In this document: one piece after another, positions 32,735-47,220 of the stretch
Numbering within the stretch: the stretch's first letter is position 1
Layout: each line of letters begins with the position of its first letter
Assembly: GCF_009914755.1 (NCBI RefSeq)
Contig: NC_060934.1
DNA length: 64,000 nucleotides
Direction: 5' to 3' (one strand)
Source: the human T2T-CHM13v2.0 reference genome, Homo sapiens
Translations under genes and position numbers: made by a program
Notes under the pieces: model-generated
Seen by the model: only the letters and a program-made list of their open reading frames with translations
Told to the model about the DNA's origin: nothing
Databases searched by the model: none

Positions 32735-32902
32735 TGAAATAACAGAAATTTCTTTTCTCACAATTTTGGAGGCTAGAAGTCTGAGATCAAGGTGTTGACA
32801 GGTTTTGTTTCTTCTAAGGCCTCTCTCCCTGGCTTACAGATGGCCATCTTCTCCCCATGTCTTCACATGGTCTTCCTTTTATGTGTATCTGTGTCCTCAT
32901 CA
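32735..32902. mobile_element. MLT1-like (MaLR) LTR fragment
   Basis: ttctcacaattttggaggctagaagtctgagatcaaggtg...ggcttacagatggccatcttc. Confidence 0.65.
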
Positions 32903-32949
32903 CAGATGAGTAATTTTTTACAGTAAAAAATTACTGTAATTTTTAAAAT

Positions 32950-34105
32950 TACTATAACACATACATTTACCCTCAACAATTTTCAGGTATACATTACCTG
33001 AAACAACATGCATTGTTAACTAAATGCATGTTATACAGCAAATCTCTAGAAGTTTTTTGTCTTGCGTGACTGAAACTATACCTATGGAACAGCAACTCTG
33101 CTTCTCCCTCTCTTCCGCCCCGGCAACCACCATTTCCCCTTCCGTCTCAGTGAATTTGACTGTTCTAGGTACCTCACTCATATAAATGGAACACATACAG
33201 TATGCGTCCTTTTGTGACTGGCTTATTTCACTTAGTGTGATGTCTTCAAGGTTTATCCATTTTGCAGCATGTGTCAGAATGTCCTGTCTTTTCTTTTCTT
33301 TTTTCTTTTTTTAGAGATAGGGTCTTGCTCTGTCACCCAGGCTGGAGTGCAGTGGCGTGATCATGGCTGACTACAGCCTTGACGTTCTGGGCTCAAGTGA
33401 TCCCCCTCCCTCAGTCCCCCGAGTAGCTGGGGCTACAGGCACGCACCAACATGCCTAGCTAATTTTTGAATTTTTTTTGTAAAGACTGGGTTTTGCCTTG
33501 TTGCCCAGGCTGGTCTCAAACTTCTGAGCTCAGGCAATCTGCCTGCCTCGGCCTCCCAAAGTGCTGAGATTATAGGCATGAGCCACTGTGTCTGGCATAT
33601 CCAGTCTTTTCAAGGCTGAATAATATTCCATTATAGGTATATGCCACATTTTGTTTATCCACCCATTGGTCAACGGACATTTAGGTTGCTTGTGCCTCTT
33701 GGCTATTGTGAATAGTGCTGCATTGAACATGAGTGTGCAAATACCTCTTTGTGATCCTGATTTCAGTTCTTTTGAGTATATACCTATAAGTGGGATCACT
33801 GGATCGTATGGTAATTCTATTTTTAATATTTTGAGAAACTTCCATACTGTTTTCCATAATCGCTGTACCATTTTACATTCTCATCAACTGTGCACAAAGG
33901 TTTCTATTTCTCTACATCCTCGCCAACACTCGTTATTTTCTTTTTTTTTTTTTTTTAATAGTGGCCATCCTGCCGGGGTAAGGTGATATCTCATTGTGCC
34001 TTTAATTTGCTTTTTGTGATAATTGGTGATGTTGAGCATCTTTTCATTTGCTTCTTGGCCATTGGTATATCTTCTTTGGAGAAATGTCTACTCAAGTCCT
34101 TTTGC
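32950..34105 (-). mobile_element. Old L1 (L1M) 3' segment including the ORF2 C-terminus, interrupted by an Alu (33289-33596)
   Basis: ORF 33530-33871(-) [28 protein letters not shown]...ALFTIAK...QPKCP matches the L1 ORF2p C-terminal region. Confidence 0.85.
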
Positions 34106-34107
34106 TC

Positions 34108-34376
34108 TCTTTTTTTTTTTGAGATGGAGTTTCGCTCTTATTGCCCAGGCTAGAGTGCAATGGCACAATCTCAGCTCACTGCAACCTCTACCTCCTGGGT
34201 TGAAGTGATTCTCCTGCCTCAGCCTCCCGAATAGCTGGGATTACAAGCGCCCACGACCACGCCCAGCTAATTTTTTGTATTTTTAGTAGAGACGGGGTTT
34301 CATCATGTTGGCCAGGCTGTTCTCAAACTCCTGACCTTAGGTGATCCACCCGCCTTGGCCTCCCAAAGTGCTGGGG
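34108..34376 (-). mobile_element. AluS, 5'-truncated
   Basis: Alu consensus. Confidence 0.88.
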
Positions 34377-34613
34377 CAATTCTTACTTTACTAGATAGGA
34401 AAGTTCCCATTTTCTACATTTGGGAGCACTTGCTATTGTATTTTACAAATTTACTAACATTACTTGTACCAGTTTGGTTCATTTGGGCTTAGAAATTATT
34501 TGAATTGGTAAGTAGGGGTGGCAGTTTTGTGATTCCTTTGAGGTGATTGTGGACTGATAACTTTCAGGCTACATCCCTTTGTGGTTTTTCTGAGAAGAAA
34601 AAAGAAAATCAAA

Positions 34614-34912
<299 letters not shown>

Positions 34913-35434
34913 TTACTTGAATAAATGAATGCTCATTTTATTAAAAAAAAAAAATCAAGAAAATGCTAATGGAAGGGTAGCATAGGGCAGAGAGCCCTGG
35001 ATTTTGAGTCAGAAGCCCTGATTTTAACTCCTGGTTCAGTAGCATAAAATGGGCTTAATATCTCCCCTGCTGAACTCACACAGTTGTCAAATTCAGTGAG
35101 AGATAATTTTTGAATGCAGTTTTGCAAAGTAAAGCAACAGCCAAAGTATTATGAAAGAAGTAAAACAATTTTGTTTCCTGAGTTTATAAAGCCTATTGTG
35201 GGCTACCTGCTTTAAAAGCAGCTTGTTCATAAGTAGATGAATGAAACGGAAAAGATTAGCCTCGGGCCAGTATTGTGGACATTCCCCTTTGAGGAGAGAA
35301 ACAAGGCCTTGGAGGGTGAGTATGAGTAGGGGAGTCCCGTACAGTCAATCCGTGGCCACTTGGGAGAGATGGTTTCAAACTGGAAGTCTTATCCAGAGAT
35401 GGGTTTACTGTTTACATTTCCTTTCTGCAAACAG

Positions 35435-35540
35435 TGAGCTGGAGGATGGCCACACTGCTCTTAACACTCACTCTGTTAGCCCCATGGAGAAGATTAAACA
35501 GTACCAGGCCGGCCAGACTGTTACTTGCTTCTTAAAGAAA
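35435..35540 (+). CDS. PDCD11: PDCD11 exon 22
   Basis: aacag|T GAG...AAA|gtaagt; 106 nt. Confidence 0.9.
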
Positions 35541-36518
35541 GTAAGTAGTTTTGCCACTCGGCAATGAGATGTCATTCTTCTTTCAGAAAAAAGGTCATGA
35601 CGTTGGAGAGAAAAGCCATTAGCAGAGAAAGGCATTTGAGTCTGTGCTACCATGCTGGGTTTGTGGGAGACAGTACGTGGCCTCTGCCACTAGAGAACTT
35701 CTGGTCTAATTAGGGAGCTAAAATATGGCTTACACACAATTAGCAAGCAGCTCGTAATTCATTGTTGGTAGGTTAATTGTAGAAATGGAAAGTAAAATAC
35801 ATGGCAAGATTTAGAATATAAATGTATATAATTTGGATTTTAGATTCATGCTTTTCATGAAGTTCAGGTGCACTGTAAAACAACATGAAATTGGGTGCCA
35901 GATTATGTGTTCCAACCCCAACTGGAACAGGAGTTCAAAAAGGAAGGAAAGCAGCCTGTACTGGTTGAAACATGTAGGAGAGGCGGCTGGATTGGGTTTG
36001 ACCTTGAAGAATAATACCTCTCCATTGTTGCCAGATTCCTCTTCGATGAGCATCTTTGAGCATGATCGTCTCTGATGCTTGATCCCTTCAGTTACCTATT
36101 GTCTATAGACATTCATACGCCCCAGATGCCTTAGCGTGGCAGATAAGGCTCTTCATAATCTGACCTTCCGTGCACCTTGTGTGGCAGTCATTCTGAAAAG
36201 CTTTTCTGTCTTTTTCCCTTCCTGTCTTTATTCATGCTGGTTTCTACATCTGGAGTACCTTCTATTCCAATTGCCTACTGCCCATCAAGGTTCAGCACAG
36301 ATAACCTTCCCTCGTTACTAGTTCCTGTAGCATGTTGTACTTCCTACATGTTGCTTGCTGTTGTAGTTATTTGCACACTGATTTGACTTACTGCTTGTAG
36401 GCTGTAATCTCCTTGAAGGCAGGCTCTGGCTTTTATTTATCATTATGATGCCATGTGCATAGTAGCTGCTCGATAAATGATTTGTTAAGTTGACTAGAAA
36501 ATTGGAGTATGTATTTAC

Positions 36519-36888
<370 letters not shown>

Positions 36889-37253
36889 TTAAAAATTGGC
36901 CTCTGGAGATGGTTAACAATCGCTGGGCACAGCTGAGCTTGGAGGAGGCTACAGAGGTCTGTGGGATTGGTTCTCCAGTTTGAGGACATCTCTGGAGTCT
37001 CTTTTGCCTCCTGGTCAGCTGAGACCCTGGAAGAGATGCACATTCTGCTAGGCTAGCAAAGGTTCTGAGCTGGAGTCTGAGGGAAGCTGGTGAGAAGTGG
37101 AGGTTGGGCAAGGGCAGTGGGATGGAAGGGTGGATTCCTGTCTCTTGGAAAAGTGTACTGGGGCCCTTTCCACCTTGTGGTTTTAGGAAAGTTTTAATGG
37201 CGGGAAACCTTGTATTTGTATTTGCCCTACTCTGGTTCCTTTTTTTCCCTCAG

Positions 37254-37343
37254 TACAATGTGGTGAAGAAATGGCTTGAGGTGGAGATTGCCCCAGACAT
37301 CCGGGGGAGAATTCCCTTATTGCTCACTTCTCTGAGCTTCAAG
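37254..37343 (+). CDS. PDCD11: PDCD11 exon 23
   Basis: ctcag|TAC...AAG|gtcagt; 90 nt. Confidence 0.92.
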
Positions 37344-37553
37344 GTCAGTGTGCTTGAGATCCCTGGAGAGGGGACCCAAGTTCCCTAAGCTTGGCCCAGT
37401 GCCTGGTGTGTGGGTTTACAGTGGATTTGAGGAAGCTTGTTCTTTATTTAAGGGTTGCTTTGGGAGATACTTGCTTTGGAGACTTAAATGCTGTGGTTTT
37501 GGATAAATGACAGCCTTTCTTCAAGCATCACAGGAGTTTTTTTATCCTTCCAG

Positions 37554-37656
37554 GTTCTGAAGCATCCAGATAAGAAGTTCCGGGTTGGCCAGGCCCTGAG
37601 GGCCACCGTTGTTGGCCCAGATTCCTCCAAGACCTTCTTATGTCTGTCCCTCACAG
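37554..37656 (+). CDS. PDCD11: PDCD11 exon 24
   Basis: tccag|GTT...ACAG|gtgtgg; 103 nt. Confidence 0.9.
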
Positions 37657-38103
37657 GTGTGGGGATGAAACAGTGCCTGGTCGGGGAAGGGGAGCGGCAG
37701 GAAGGGGTGGGATGGGTTTTCAGCTATTGCTTGAGTTGGAGGACCCCTTCGGTATTGGAATCCTCAGAAAGCCTGGTGTGGGACCTTCTTGGAACAGTTT
37801 TTCTCTTGGGCTTTGCTCTGGCCCAGTTACTCCACTGCTCTCTGAGTTACCTTTACCTATACAGGTTACCCTTACCTACACAGGTGTTTTTCTCAAGTCC
37901 CTGGGAAAGAGTTGTCCACCACTTGGCCCTGAGGTCCTTGGCTACATGGCAGGGTGATCTCAGTCTAGATGGTTCTGGATCACTCAGCCCAGATACCCCA
38001 AGTCTGGGCAGCCTCCACCTTCCCCAGCCTGTGTGTGGCTGGCATTCCCGCTCCTCCCTTAGCTCATTTCCTCTTCCCTGAATCAGGTTGGTTCTTCCAC
38101 CAG

Positions 38104-38281
38104 GTCCTCACAAGCTTGAGGAAGGGGAAGTGGCCATGGGCCGAGTGGTGAAGGTGACTCCCAACGAGGGGCTGACCGTCTCCTTCCCCTTTGGGAAGAT
38201 AGGAACAGTCAGTATATTTCACATGAGTGACTCCTACTCCGAGACGCCCCTGGAAGACTTCGTCCCCCAGAAGGTTGTCAG
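38104..38281 (+). CDS. PDCD11: PDCD11 exon 25
   Basis: accag|GT CCT...TCAG|gtaagc; 178 nt. Confidence 0.92.
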
Positions 38282-38737
38282 GTAAGCGAAGTGTTCTTCC
38301 TCTTTTCACCTGTCTGTGGAATTGGTATATTTAAAAAAAAACGTTGTTGTAATACATGACTTTTTATCAGAAAAACAGGTATATGAAATAGAAAATGAAA
38401 ATTTCTGTAACCCCTCTGTTTCTCTACCACTTTTTGCCATTATGTACTTTGATTTCTATCTTTCTAGACTTTAATGCATATATATATAGTTTTTCTTTAT
38501 ATAAATAATAGAATATCATTTGATATACTGTTTTTTTCTCATAGTTTATCATGAATTTTTTTCCTTTTCTATGCTAATATATCAAAATCTATTTTGTCCT
38601 TTTACCTTATTTTAAAACGTTTGTTTAGTATTCTGGGGTTTTTTTAATTGAAATTTGTGTAACCAATTCTCTGTTGATAGACAATACTTTTTTTGATAGA
38701 CAATAATGTTGAAGTATCTTTGTACATATATTTGGGT

Positions 38738-39161
<424 letters not shown>

Positions 39162-39328
39162 TAAATTCCTAGAAGTGAAATTGATGGGTTACATACCCTC
39201 CAAAATGACTGTGCTAATTTATGTCCCCATTAACAGTAAATATGACTGTCCATTTCTCACACCACTATTGGCACTGGATATTTTAAATTTGTGTCTTAGC
39301 CATTGGTTCAGCAAAAATTGGTCTCTTG

Positions 39329-39690
<362 letters not shown>

Positions 39691-40423
39691 AATTGGAGTT
39701 TTAAGACTGTTTTAATAGCCTGAATAAACTAAACTTGAGGAGACAGATTTCAGCTGCATCCAGTAGTCAACTGACAGTACAGTAGATGCCCTTGGAGGCA
39801 GAGACTGGAAAATAGTAACTGCCCTCTCCTGTCTCAGCTGTCCCAGCCACCAGCACCTACCTGCCTAAATTCTCAACCACTCACAACCACTGCACGGCAC
39901 ACACATGCCCAGGGCCTGGGAGAAGACAAAGAATGAGTCCTAGAGACAGCCAGGATCATCTCTGGTTTCTCTTGAGGCTTAGATAATGAGGTTGTGGTTT
40001 TAAATGTGTTTTATTGTGGCCAAACCTACGATAAATTACTTGCCTAAAGGTAGACGGTCCCTTGAGGTTCTGTCCAGCTCTGATGGCTATGATGCCACGT
40101 TACCAAAGGCAGACATCTGTCGTGGGAAAATTTTGGACTGGATTTTTGCTGAGATCCTTTCTACCTCTAAGAATCTGTATATTATGGTTTTGGACTACTA
40201 ATTGCCATTTTAGATGAAATGTTTAGAGATGCAACCCTGCTGTCCCTCCTGGAAGCGCTGACCCGCCTCCTCTGAACTGCTCTTGTGTGTCTGCAGTAGT
40301 ACCTAGCTGATGCCTTGGGCATGATCTCCTGGGGTTAGTGTGTCTCTCTGCTGAGATCAAACATTCTCAGGATCTAACACAGAGCTGGTTCTTCTTTTAA
40401 GGACATACTGTATGCCTCTGTGA

Positions 40424-41094
<671 letters not shown>

Positions 41095-41320
41095 GGTAGT
41101 GTTATTTCTATTTAATAGACTAGTAAACTGAAGCCCACAGAGGTGACGTGACTTGTCCAGAGTCCCTCAGCAGGTTTTCAACAGAATGAAGAAACATGAC
41201 CAGAGTCTCCTGTCTCCTCACTCCTGCCTATTCGTCAGCCTGGAGGAGAGGAAGCTGAGACCCTTTGCTGTTCACAGATGCTGAAAATTGAGCGTTTCCT
41301 TCTCTTTTGCCTTCATTCAG

Positions 41321-41377
41321 ATGTTACATCCTGTCCACTGCAGACAACGTATTGACTTTGTCGCTGCGATCATCCAG
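41321..41377 (+). CDS. PDCD11: PDCD11 exon 26
   Basis: ttcag|A TGT...AG|gtgggt; 57 nt. Confidence 0.88.
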
Positions 41378-41991
41378 GTGGGTTTCTGTGTTGTTGGAAA
41401 AAGAAAGGAGGAAGACCCACTCAGGATCAAGGGGAGGCTACGTGTATCTGACACAGAATTTTGGGCTTCCCACCTTCTCTGCTCATCACTTTTTATCCTG
41501 AACCTCTTTTACCCAGAAAAGCTGAGGCTGTTCAGATTGCTGCAAGAATCCTGTCTGCTCAGGCTCTTGTTTTCCATGGAAAGGGTCAGATATCCAGATG
41601 TGGGTGTCCAAGGTTGCAGATGGTAGTCCTGGTGAGGGGAGATGCTTTAGCCTCCAGGGTTCCATTGTAGGGGTGAGCGTGCCATGTATGGAGTTGGCTT
41701 GAGGTCAGCTTGCTGTATGGTTAGACATCAATGTTAATGAGGCCAAGGCTTTAGGTTTGACCTCTCTGGCTTGGTCCGCCTCTCCCCATTTCTACATAGC
41801 TGGGCCCCAGGCACCTGCTTCTGGCCTGGCAAGATGTTAGGAGAGAGTAGAGTTGGGCTCTAAAGGTTATATCCTGCTGACAGGTCCAGAGTCATATTCT
41901 TATTTACTAAGTATGATGGTTGCAGGTGTATTGGGGGTGGCATGGGACAGTGGAGGTTAAAGGTGTGCATGTAAGCCTTTTATTCCTTTAG

Positions 41992-42114
41992 AACAAACCC
42001 GGAGACGAAAAGCAAAGTAGAAGATCCAGAGATTAACTCCATCCAGGACATTAAGGAAGGGCAGCTTCTGAGGGGCTATGTAGGGTCCATCCAGCCACAC
42101 GGTGTGTTCTTTCG
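41992..42114 (+). CDS. PDCD11: PDCD11 exon 27
   Basis: tttag|A ACA...CG|gtgagt; 123 nt. Confidence 0.9.
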
Positions 42115-42360
42115 GTGAGTGAGGGGGGCTCTGCACCCGGACCCAAGTGCCTTCCCTGAGCCTGTGTTGCTCTGGGGTCCACTGTGTTCCTCGGTCAACT
42201 TCTTTGATGGGAATATGAAGGGAGGAGAGTTTATGAGTCCCCACTCATTTTTAAAATTCCAAGTTTTCTAATACTTTTAAAACAACTGTTGAGTTATTAG
42301 TTATTTGGTGTTTTGGACAAAGAATATGGCATTTCTAATTTCTGTTCTAAGTAAGTCTGG

Positions 42361-42675
42361 GGCCGGGCGTGGTGGCTCATGCCTGGAATCCTAGCGCTTT
42401 GAGAGGCCGAGATGAGAGAATTGCTTTGAAGGCCAGGAGTTCAAGACCAGCCTGGGCAACAAAGCAAGACCCCCATGTCTCCAGAAAAAAATTAAAAATT
42501 AACCAGGTGTGGTAGCATGAGCCTGTAGTCCCAGCTATTTGGAAGGCTGAGGCGGGAGGATTGCTTGAGCCCATAAGTTCGAGGTTACATTAAGCTATGA
42601 TTGTGCCTCTGACCTCCAGCCTGGGAGGCAGTGATACCCTGTGTCTAAAAAAATTAAATTTAAATTAAAAAATAC
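42361..42675 (+). mobile_element. AluJ-like
   Basis: Alu consensus. Confidence 0.87.
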
Positions 42676-43051
42676 ATAAATGTGGATGTTCTGTTTTAGT
42701 GTTTGATCATGATTTGTAAGTGTTCGTTCTGTGAAATCACCTCATGTTCACAAGCACCTGATACTGCAGCCTTCCCTGCCATGCTGTTTCTGCAGTTTCT
42801 CCTAGCAGTTTGTGATTTATATATTATGATACCACAGTGTGGAGTAAAAAATACCCTCAATCATATCTTCATTATGCTTGATGATGATTTCAAGTTTACA
42901 AAGCCCACTTCATCCTGCTGAATGCCAGGAACTTATGTCTGTCACAAATCCTTGTCACAACTTGAGTCCCTGTGAGAGTGAAGTCCCGAGGCCTGGTTGG
43001 AATTCTGTTGTTGCATTTGTGACCACAGGACTCTTGCCTCTCTCCTTTCAG

Positions 43052-43174
43052 CCTTGGCCCCTCCGTTGTGGGTTTGGCTCGGTACTCCCATGTCTCCCAG
43101 CACAGCCCGTCCAAGAAAGCCCTTTATAACAAACACCTCCCTGAAGGGAAGCTGCTCACAGCCAGGGTCCTACG
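43052..43174 (+). CDS. PDCD11: PDCD11 exon 28
   Basis: ttcag|C CTT...CG|gtaggt; 123 nt. Confidence 0.9.
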
Positions 43175-43595
43175 GTAGGTGCCTTCCCGTTCTCTCTCTC
43201 TCTGTAATGTGAATCAAACCCCTTTCTCCAGGAGCCCTGGGAGGAGATTTCAGGGTGAACTGTAAACATAATGGCTTGCGTAGTGGTGTTCAGATGAATA
43301 AAAGGCCTTTGTTTGGAACCTTCTCCCCCAGTGCCTGTGAAAACAGGTGGTAACTTATCTCTGCATAGCTCCTGTTGTTGGGGATGGTGGAGGGGGCATC
43401 ACATCTACCCCCTGTATTTTTCTACTAAGCATGAAAAATTGTGCAAATCATTCTTGAGAATATTGAAAGGACTCCCAAGGCAGATGGGGGCAGGGCCCAG
43501 AATCGTGGGCTGATCAGGAGGAAAAAGGCCTGGGCCGCCTGTGGTGCCCTCTGCTTTTTATGATGTCTTTACCTCCCCATCTTGCTCTGTCATAG

Positions 43596-43887
43596 CCTTA
43601 ACCACCAGAAGAACCTGGTAGAGCTGTCTTTCCTCCCCGGAGACACTGGGAAGCCAGACGTGCTTTCTGCTTCCTTGGAAGGGCAACTTACAAAGCAAGA
43701 GGAGAGGAAAACAGAGGCTGAGGAGAGAGACCAAAAAGGGGAAAAGAAAAATCAGAAAAGGAACGAGAAGAAGAACCAGAAGGGGCAGGAGGAGGTGGAG
43801 ATGCCCAGCAAGGAGAAGCAACAGCCCCAGAAGCCACAGGCGCAGAAGCGGGGCGGGCGGGAGTGCCGGGAGTCTGGGAGTGAGCAG
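43596..43887 (+). CDS. PDCD11: PDCD11 exon 29 (end of last S1 repeat plus charged low-complexity linker)
   Basis: catag|C CTT...CAG|gtgagg; 292 nt. Confidence 0.92.
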
Positions 43888-44039
43888 GTGAGGTCCTGCG
43901 GAGGGCTGTGGCTGCCTATCCTCCTCCTGGAGGGACAGCCATGAGGGCGTGGGGACAGGGCACCCAGTGGGGCCGAGGGAGGGTGTCGCCTGGGGCTGCA
44001 GGAGGATGCTCCTAGGCATTCTCCCACCTGGCCTCTCAG

Positions 44040-44156
44040 GAAAGAGTGAGCAAGAAGCCAAAGAAAGCCGGCCTGTCAGAGGAGGACGACAGCCTTGTGG
44101 ACGTGTACTATCGGGAGGGAAAAGAGGAGGCAGAAGAGACGAATGTGCTGCCCAAG
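44040..44156 (+). CDS. PDCD11: PDCD11 exon 30
   Basis: ctcag|GAA...AAG|gtgagg; 117 nt. Confidence 0.9.
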
Positions 44157-44561
44157 GTGAGGGTGACGTCGCGGGGAGGGGAAGGCTGCTCCAGGCAAGG
44201 GAAGAGCTGGGCCATCCTCTGCCTCATCCTCTTTTACTTCATTTCCTATAAAATACGAAAGCAGGGGCTGTCAGTTGCCTCCATTGACCGTCAGCTCCTT
44301 GAGGACAAGGGACCCTTTTTACCCAGAGCAGGCTGCATAAAATAAATTCTAAGGAATATTTATTGGGTGGAACTGAATTAAATTAGGAGGCTGGGCAGAG
44401 AAAGAGGAGGCTGAGCCGTTCTGAGCCTGCATCCTCCAAAAGATGAGAATAGTAATACCTGGGCTGAGAGGACCGGGTATGGGATGGCTTATAACCATCT
44501 GGGCAGGGCCTCCCTGCCACCCTCAGAATTATTGTCATCTCTCTGTCCCAGCTCTACTGTT

Positions 44562-44858
44562 ATTTTTATTTTTATTATTTTGAGACAGAGTCTCGCTTTG
44601 TCATCCAGGCTGGAGTGCAGTTGTGTGATCTTGGCTCACTGCAACCTCTGCCTTCCAGGTTCAAGCAATTCTCATGACTCAGCCTCCCGAGTAGCTGAGA
44701 CTGCCGGTATGCACCACCATGCCTGGCTAATTTTTGTATTAGTAGAGAGGGGGTTTCGCCATGTTGGCCGGGCTGGTCTCGAACTCCTGACTTCAAATGA
44801 TCGGCCCGCCTCAGCTTCTTAAAGTGTTGGGGTTACAGGTGTGAGCCACCACACCTGG
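44562..44858 (-). mobile_element. AluS (TSD ctactgttattttta)
   Basis: Alu consensus. Confidence 0.9.
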
Positions 44859-45131
44859 CTTCTACTGTTATTTTATATACTGGTATGCATATGCATGTGT
44901 GTGTGTGAAAATTTTGTTATCTAAATAAATGTATTTACAAAGAAAACTTTTATGTCACTGCTATAAAGTTTCCCCAGTGGGCTGGGGCCTGGCATGGCCT
45001 AGGAGGAGAGGAGAGGAGAGGAGGGGTCTCTGGGCTTGGTAGGAGTCCATGCTCCTCCAGGTGGGCTGGCACGGGGGAACAGGGAGCAGCCTGAGCCAGG
45101 TGCTTTCTTTAGCACCTCTGTGTTCTTCCAG

Positions 45132-45281
45132 GAGAAGCAAACCAAGCCAGCAGAAGCGCCCCGGCTGCAGCTGTCTTCAGGCTTCGCTTGGAATGTGGGA
45201 CTAGACTCTCTGACCCCGGCCTTGCCACCTCTAGCAGAGAGCTCAGACAGCGAGGAGGATGAGAAGCCACACCAAGCCACG
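45132..45281 (+). CDS. PDCD11: PDCD11 exon 31
   Basis: tccag|GAG...ACG|gtgctg (weak donor); 150 nt. Confidence 0.85.
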
Positions 45282-45518
45282 GTGCTGTATTTTGCAGGGC
45301 ATGTCCTTTTTGCAGGGACCCCTTGGTGTCAGTCTCTTGTGCTCTGTTCCTAGACTGGGTGTCTTCCTGGGTGAGTGGGGGAGGGGGCAGCGGCCAGTCC
45401 CAGGCCAGGGGGTATATATAGAGCCCTGGGCTGCCCAGCCAACTCGTGACTTCCACCACAGACCTCCCCTAGGCCTTGAGGAGCAGATGACTCACGGTGT
45501 TTCTGCTTTCCATAGCAG

Positions 45519-45766
45519 ATAAAGAAAAGCAAGAAAGAAAGGGAGTTGGAGAAGCAGAAGGCAGAGAAGGAACTGTCCCGCATTGAGGAGGCGCTGATGG
45601 ATCCTGGGCGGCAGCCAGAGTCCGCGGATGATTTTGACCGACTGGTGCTGAGCTCCCCCAACAGCTCCATTCTGTGGCTGCAGTACATGGCTTTCCACCT
45701 GCAGGCCACGGAGATCGAGAAGGCCCGTGCCGTGGCTGAGAGGGCCCTTAAGACCATCTCCTTCAG
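45519..45766 (+). CDS. PDCD11: PDCD11 exon 32 (NAGNAG acceptor; alternative start 45516)
   Basis: tagcag|ATA...TTCAG|gtctca; 248 nt; [16 protein letters not shown] is a typical Rrp5 HAT-region start. Confidence 0.9.
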
Positions 45767-46470
45767 GTCTCAGCTTTGCCCCAGGGAGCACAGTGTCTTC
45801 GCACGTTCTGGGCTGGGAAGTTTCTCAACCTGTGGGGTAGCTCCTCCTAGGCAGGCCGGCAGCATTGTGGGTGGCTGCCACCAGGGGCCCATGGGTCCTC
45901 AGGCTTTCTGCCATAGCTGCGGCCATCTGTGAAATAGATCTACTCATTTATATTTTATAGTCTTCTTCCCTGAAACTGCTAAGGGTAACCTTCACAAGAG
46001 TCCATACACTTATATGAGGGAACCAGTTTGAGCAGAAACACAGTAAGAAAAGAACTCACTACATACCTGGGCGAAATCCCTGTGGTGGTTTTCCAAACAG
46101 AGGGAGTTTTTGAGGCCTAATGAAGAGGGAAGGCAGTCCTTTGCTTCATCCTCTTAGCTTGAAGAGAGAATCAGACCCAGGACTCTGCGTCCAGCCCAAA
46201 CCTCAGGCCCGTTTGGGATCTGGTGGGCATCCTTTCTAGGAATGGAGGCAGAATCCAGGAGAGCCTCAGACTCAGCCATTGGGGTTGGGGCAGGGGTTTC
46301 TAATGCTGCAGGAGCTGTGGGGACACAGCCTCTTAGGGTCTACATTTGGGGTGGGATCTGAGGACACAGATAGAGGCTGGGAGGGGGAGGTGGTTCCTGA
46401 GTCTGTCTGGATGGGGCGGGAGGCTCACTGGTTTCATGTGGCGCTCATGTGCTGACTGCTCTCCCTCCAG

Positions 46471-46639
46471 AGAGGAGCAGGAGAAGCTGAACGTGTGGGT
46501 GGCTCTGCTGAACCTGGAGAACATGTACGGCTCTCAGGAGTCCCTGACCAAGGTCTTTGAGCGAGCCGTGCAGTACAACGAGCCTCTCAAAGTCTTTCTC
46601 CACCTGGCTGACATCTACGCCAAGTCAGAGAAATTCCAG
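46471..46639 (+). CDS. PDCD11: PDCD11 exon 33
   Basis: tccag|A GAG...CAG|gtagga; 169 nt; [17 protein letters not shown]. Confidence 0.93.
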
Positions 46640-47220
46640 GTAGGAGGTTGGGCCACAGACGAACTCCTGGGAGTTCCAGGGCCACAATCTCAGAGAAGAG
46701 CCCCTGGGGTGCTGGGTCCAGTCCTGCTGTGAGCTTGCCACCCAACATCGGGGCCCCAACTTCCCTATCTTCCAAGTAAAAGAAGTCATTTCCCTCACCT
46801 CTTCTTCAGGCCTGTGGGGTCAAGGTGAGGGAAGGAGTGGCTTTGGAAGTGAAGGGGCAGTGGACCCCTGGTGTGTCTGCCTTGGGCTGCTGGCAGGGCA
46901 TCACAGACAGAAGGGGACGTCCCGGCCCAGCATCCGCTCTGGCGTCTCTCCTACTCCCCCTTGTCATTCTCATGTTCTAGGCTAGGACCGCCCTCCCATG
47001 GGTGCGGATCAGCAGGGAATCCCCTCCGTCGTGTTGTGCCTGTTCACGGTGCCCTTCTGTGAGCCTCCCTCCCGCTCCTCTCAGGTCTCTAGCATTAGGC
47101 CCTGAGAGTGATTTGGTGTCTGGGAGCCCAGGTCTAGCTTCTTGTGAGTGTTGCTGCTTGTCTGTCTTGTCCCCTCTGTAGTATCACACTCTCCTCAGCG
47201 TGCCTCGTCTTTTCCCACAG

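Noticed and set aside
33530-33871. 113-aa ORF resembling a real protein
   Set aside because: Decayed L1 ORF2 C-terminus running into an Alu; not a gene
37488-38081. 197-aa ORF spanning exon 24 and intron 24
   Set aside because: Exon frame plus chance open intron; ends in a stop before exon 25
40100-40140. Short matches to U11 snRNA (tctgtcgtg; also ctctgcgtg near 54155)
   Set aside because: Only about 9 nt of identity with no extension; not an snRNA pseudogene
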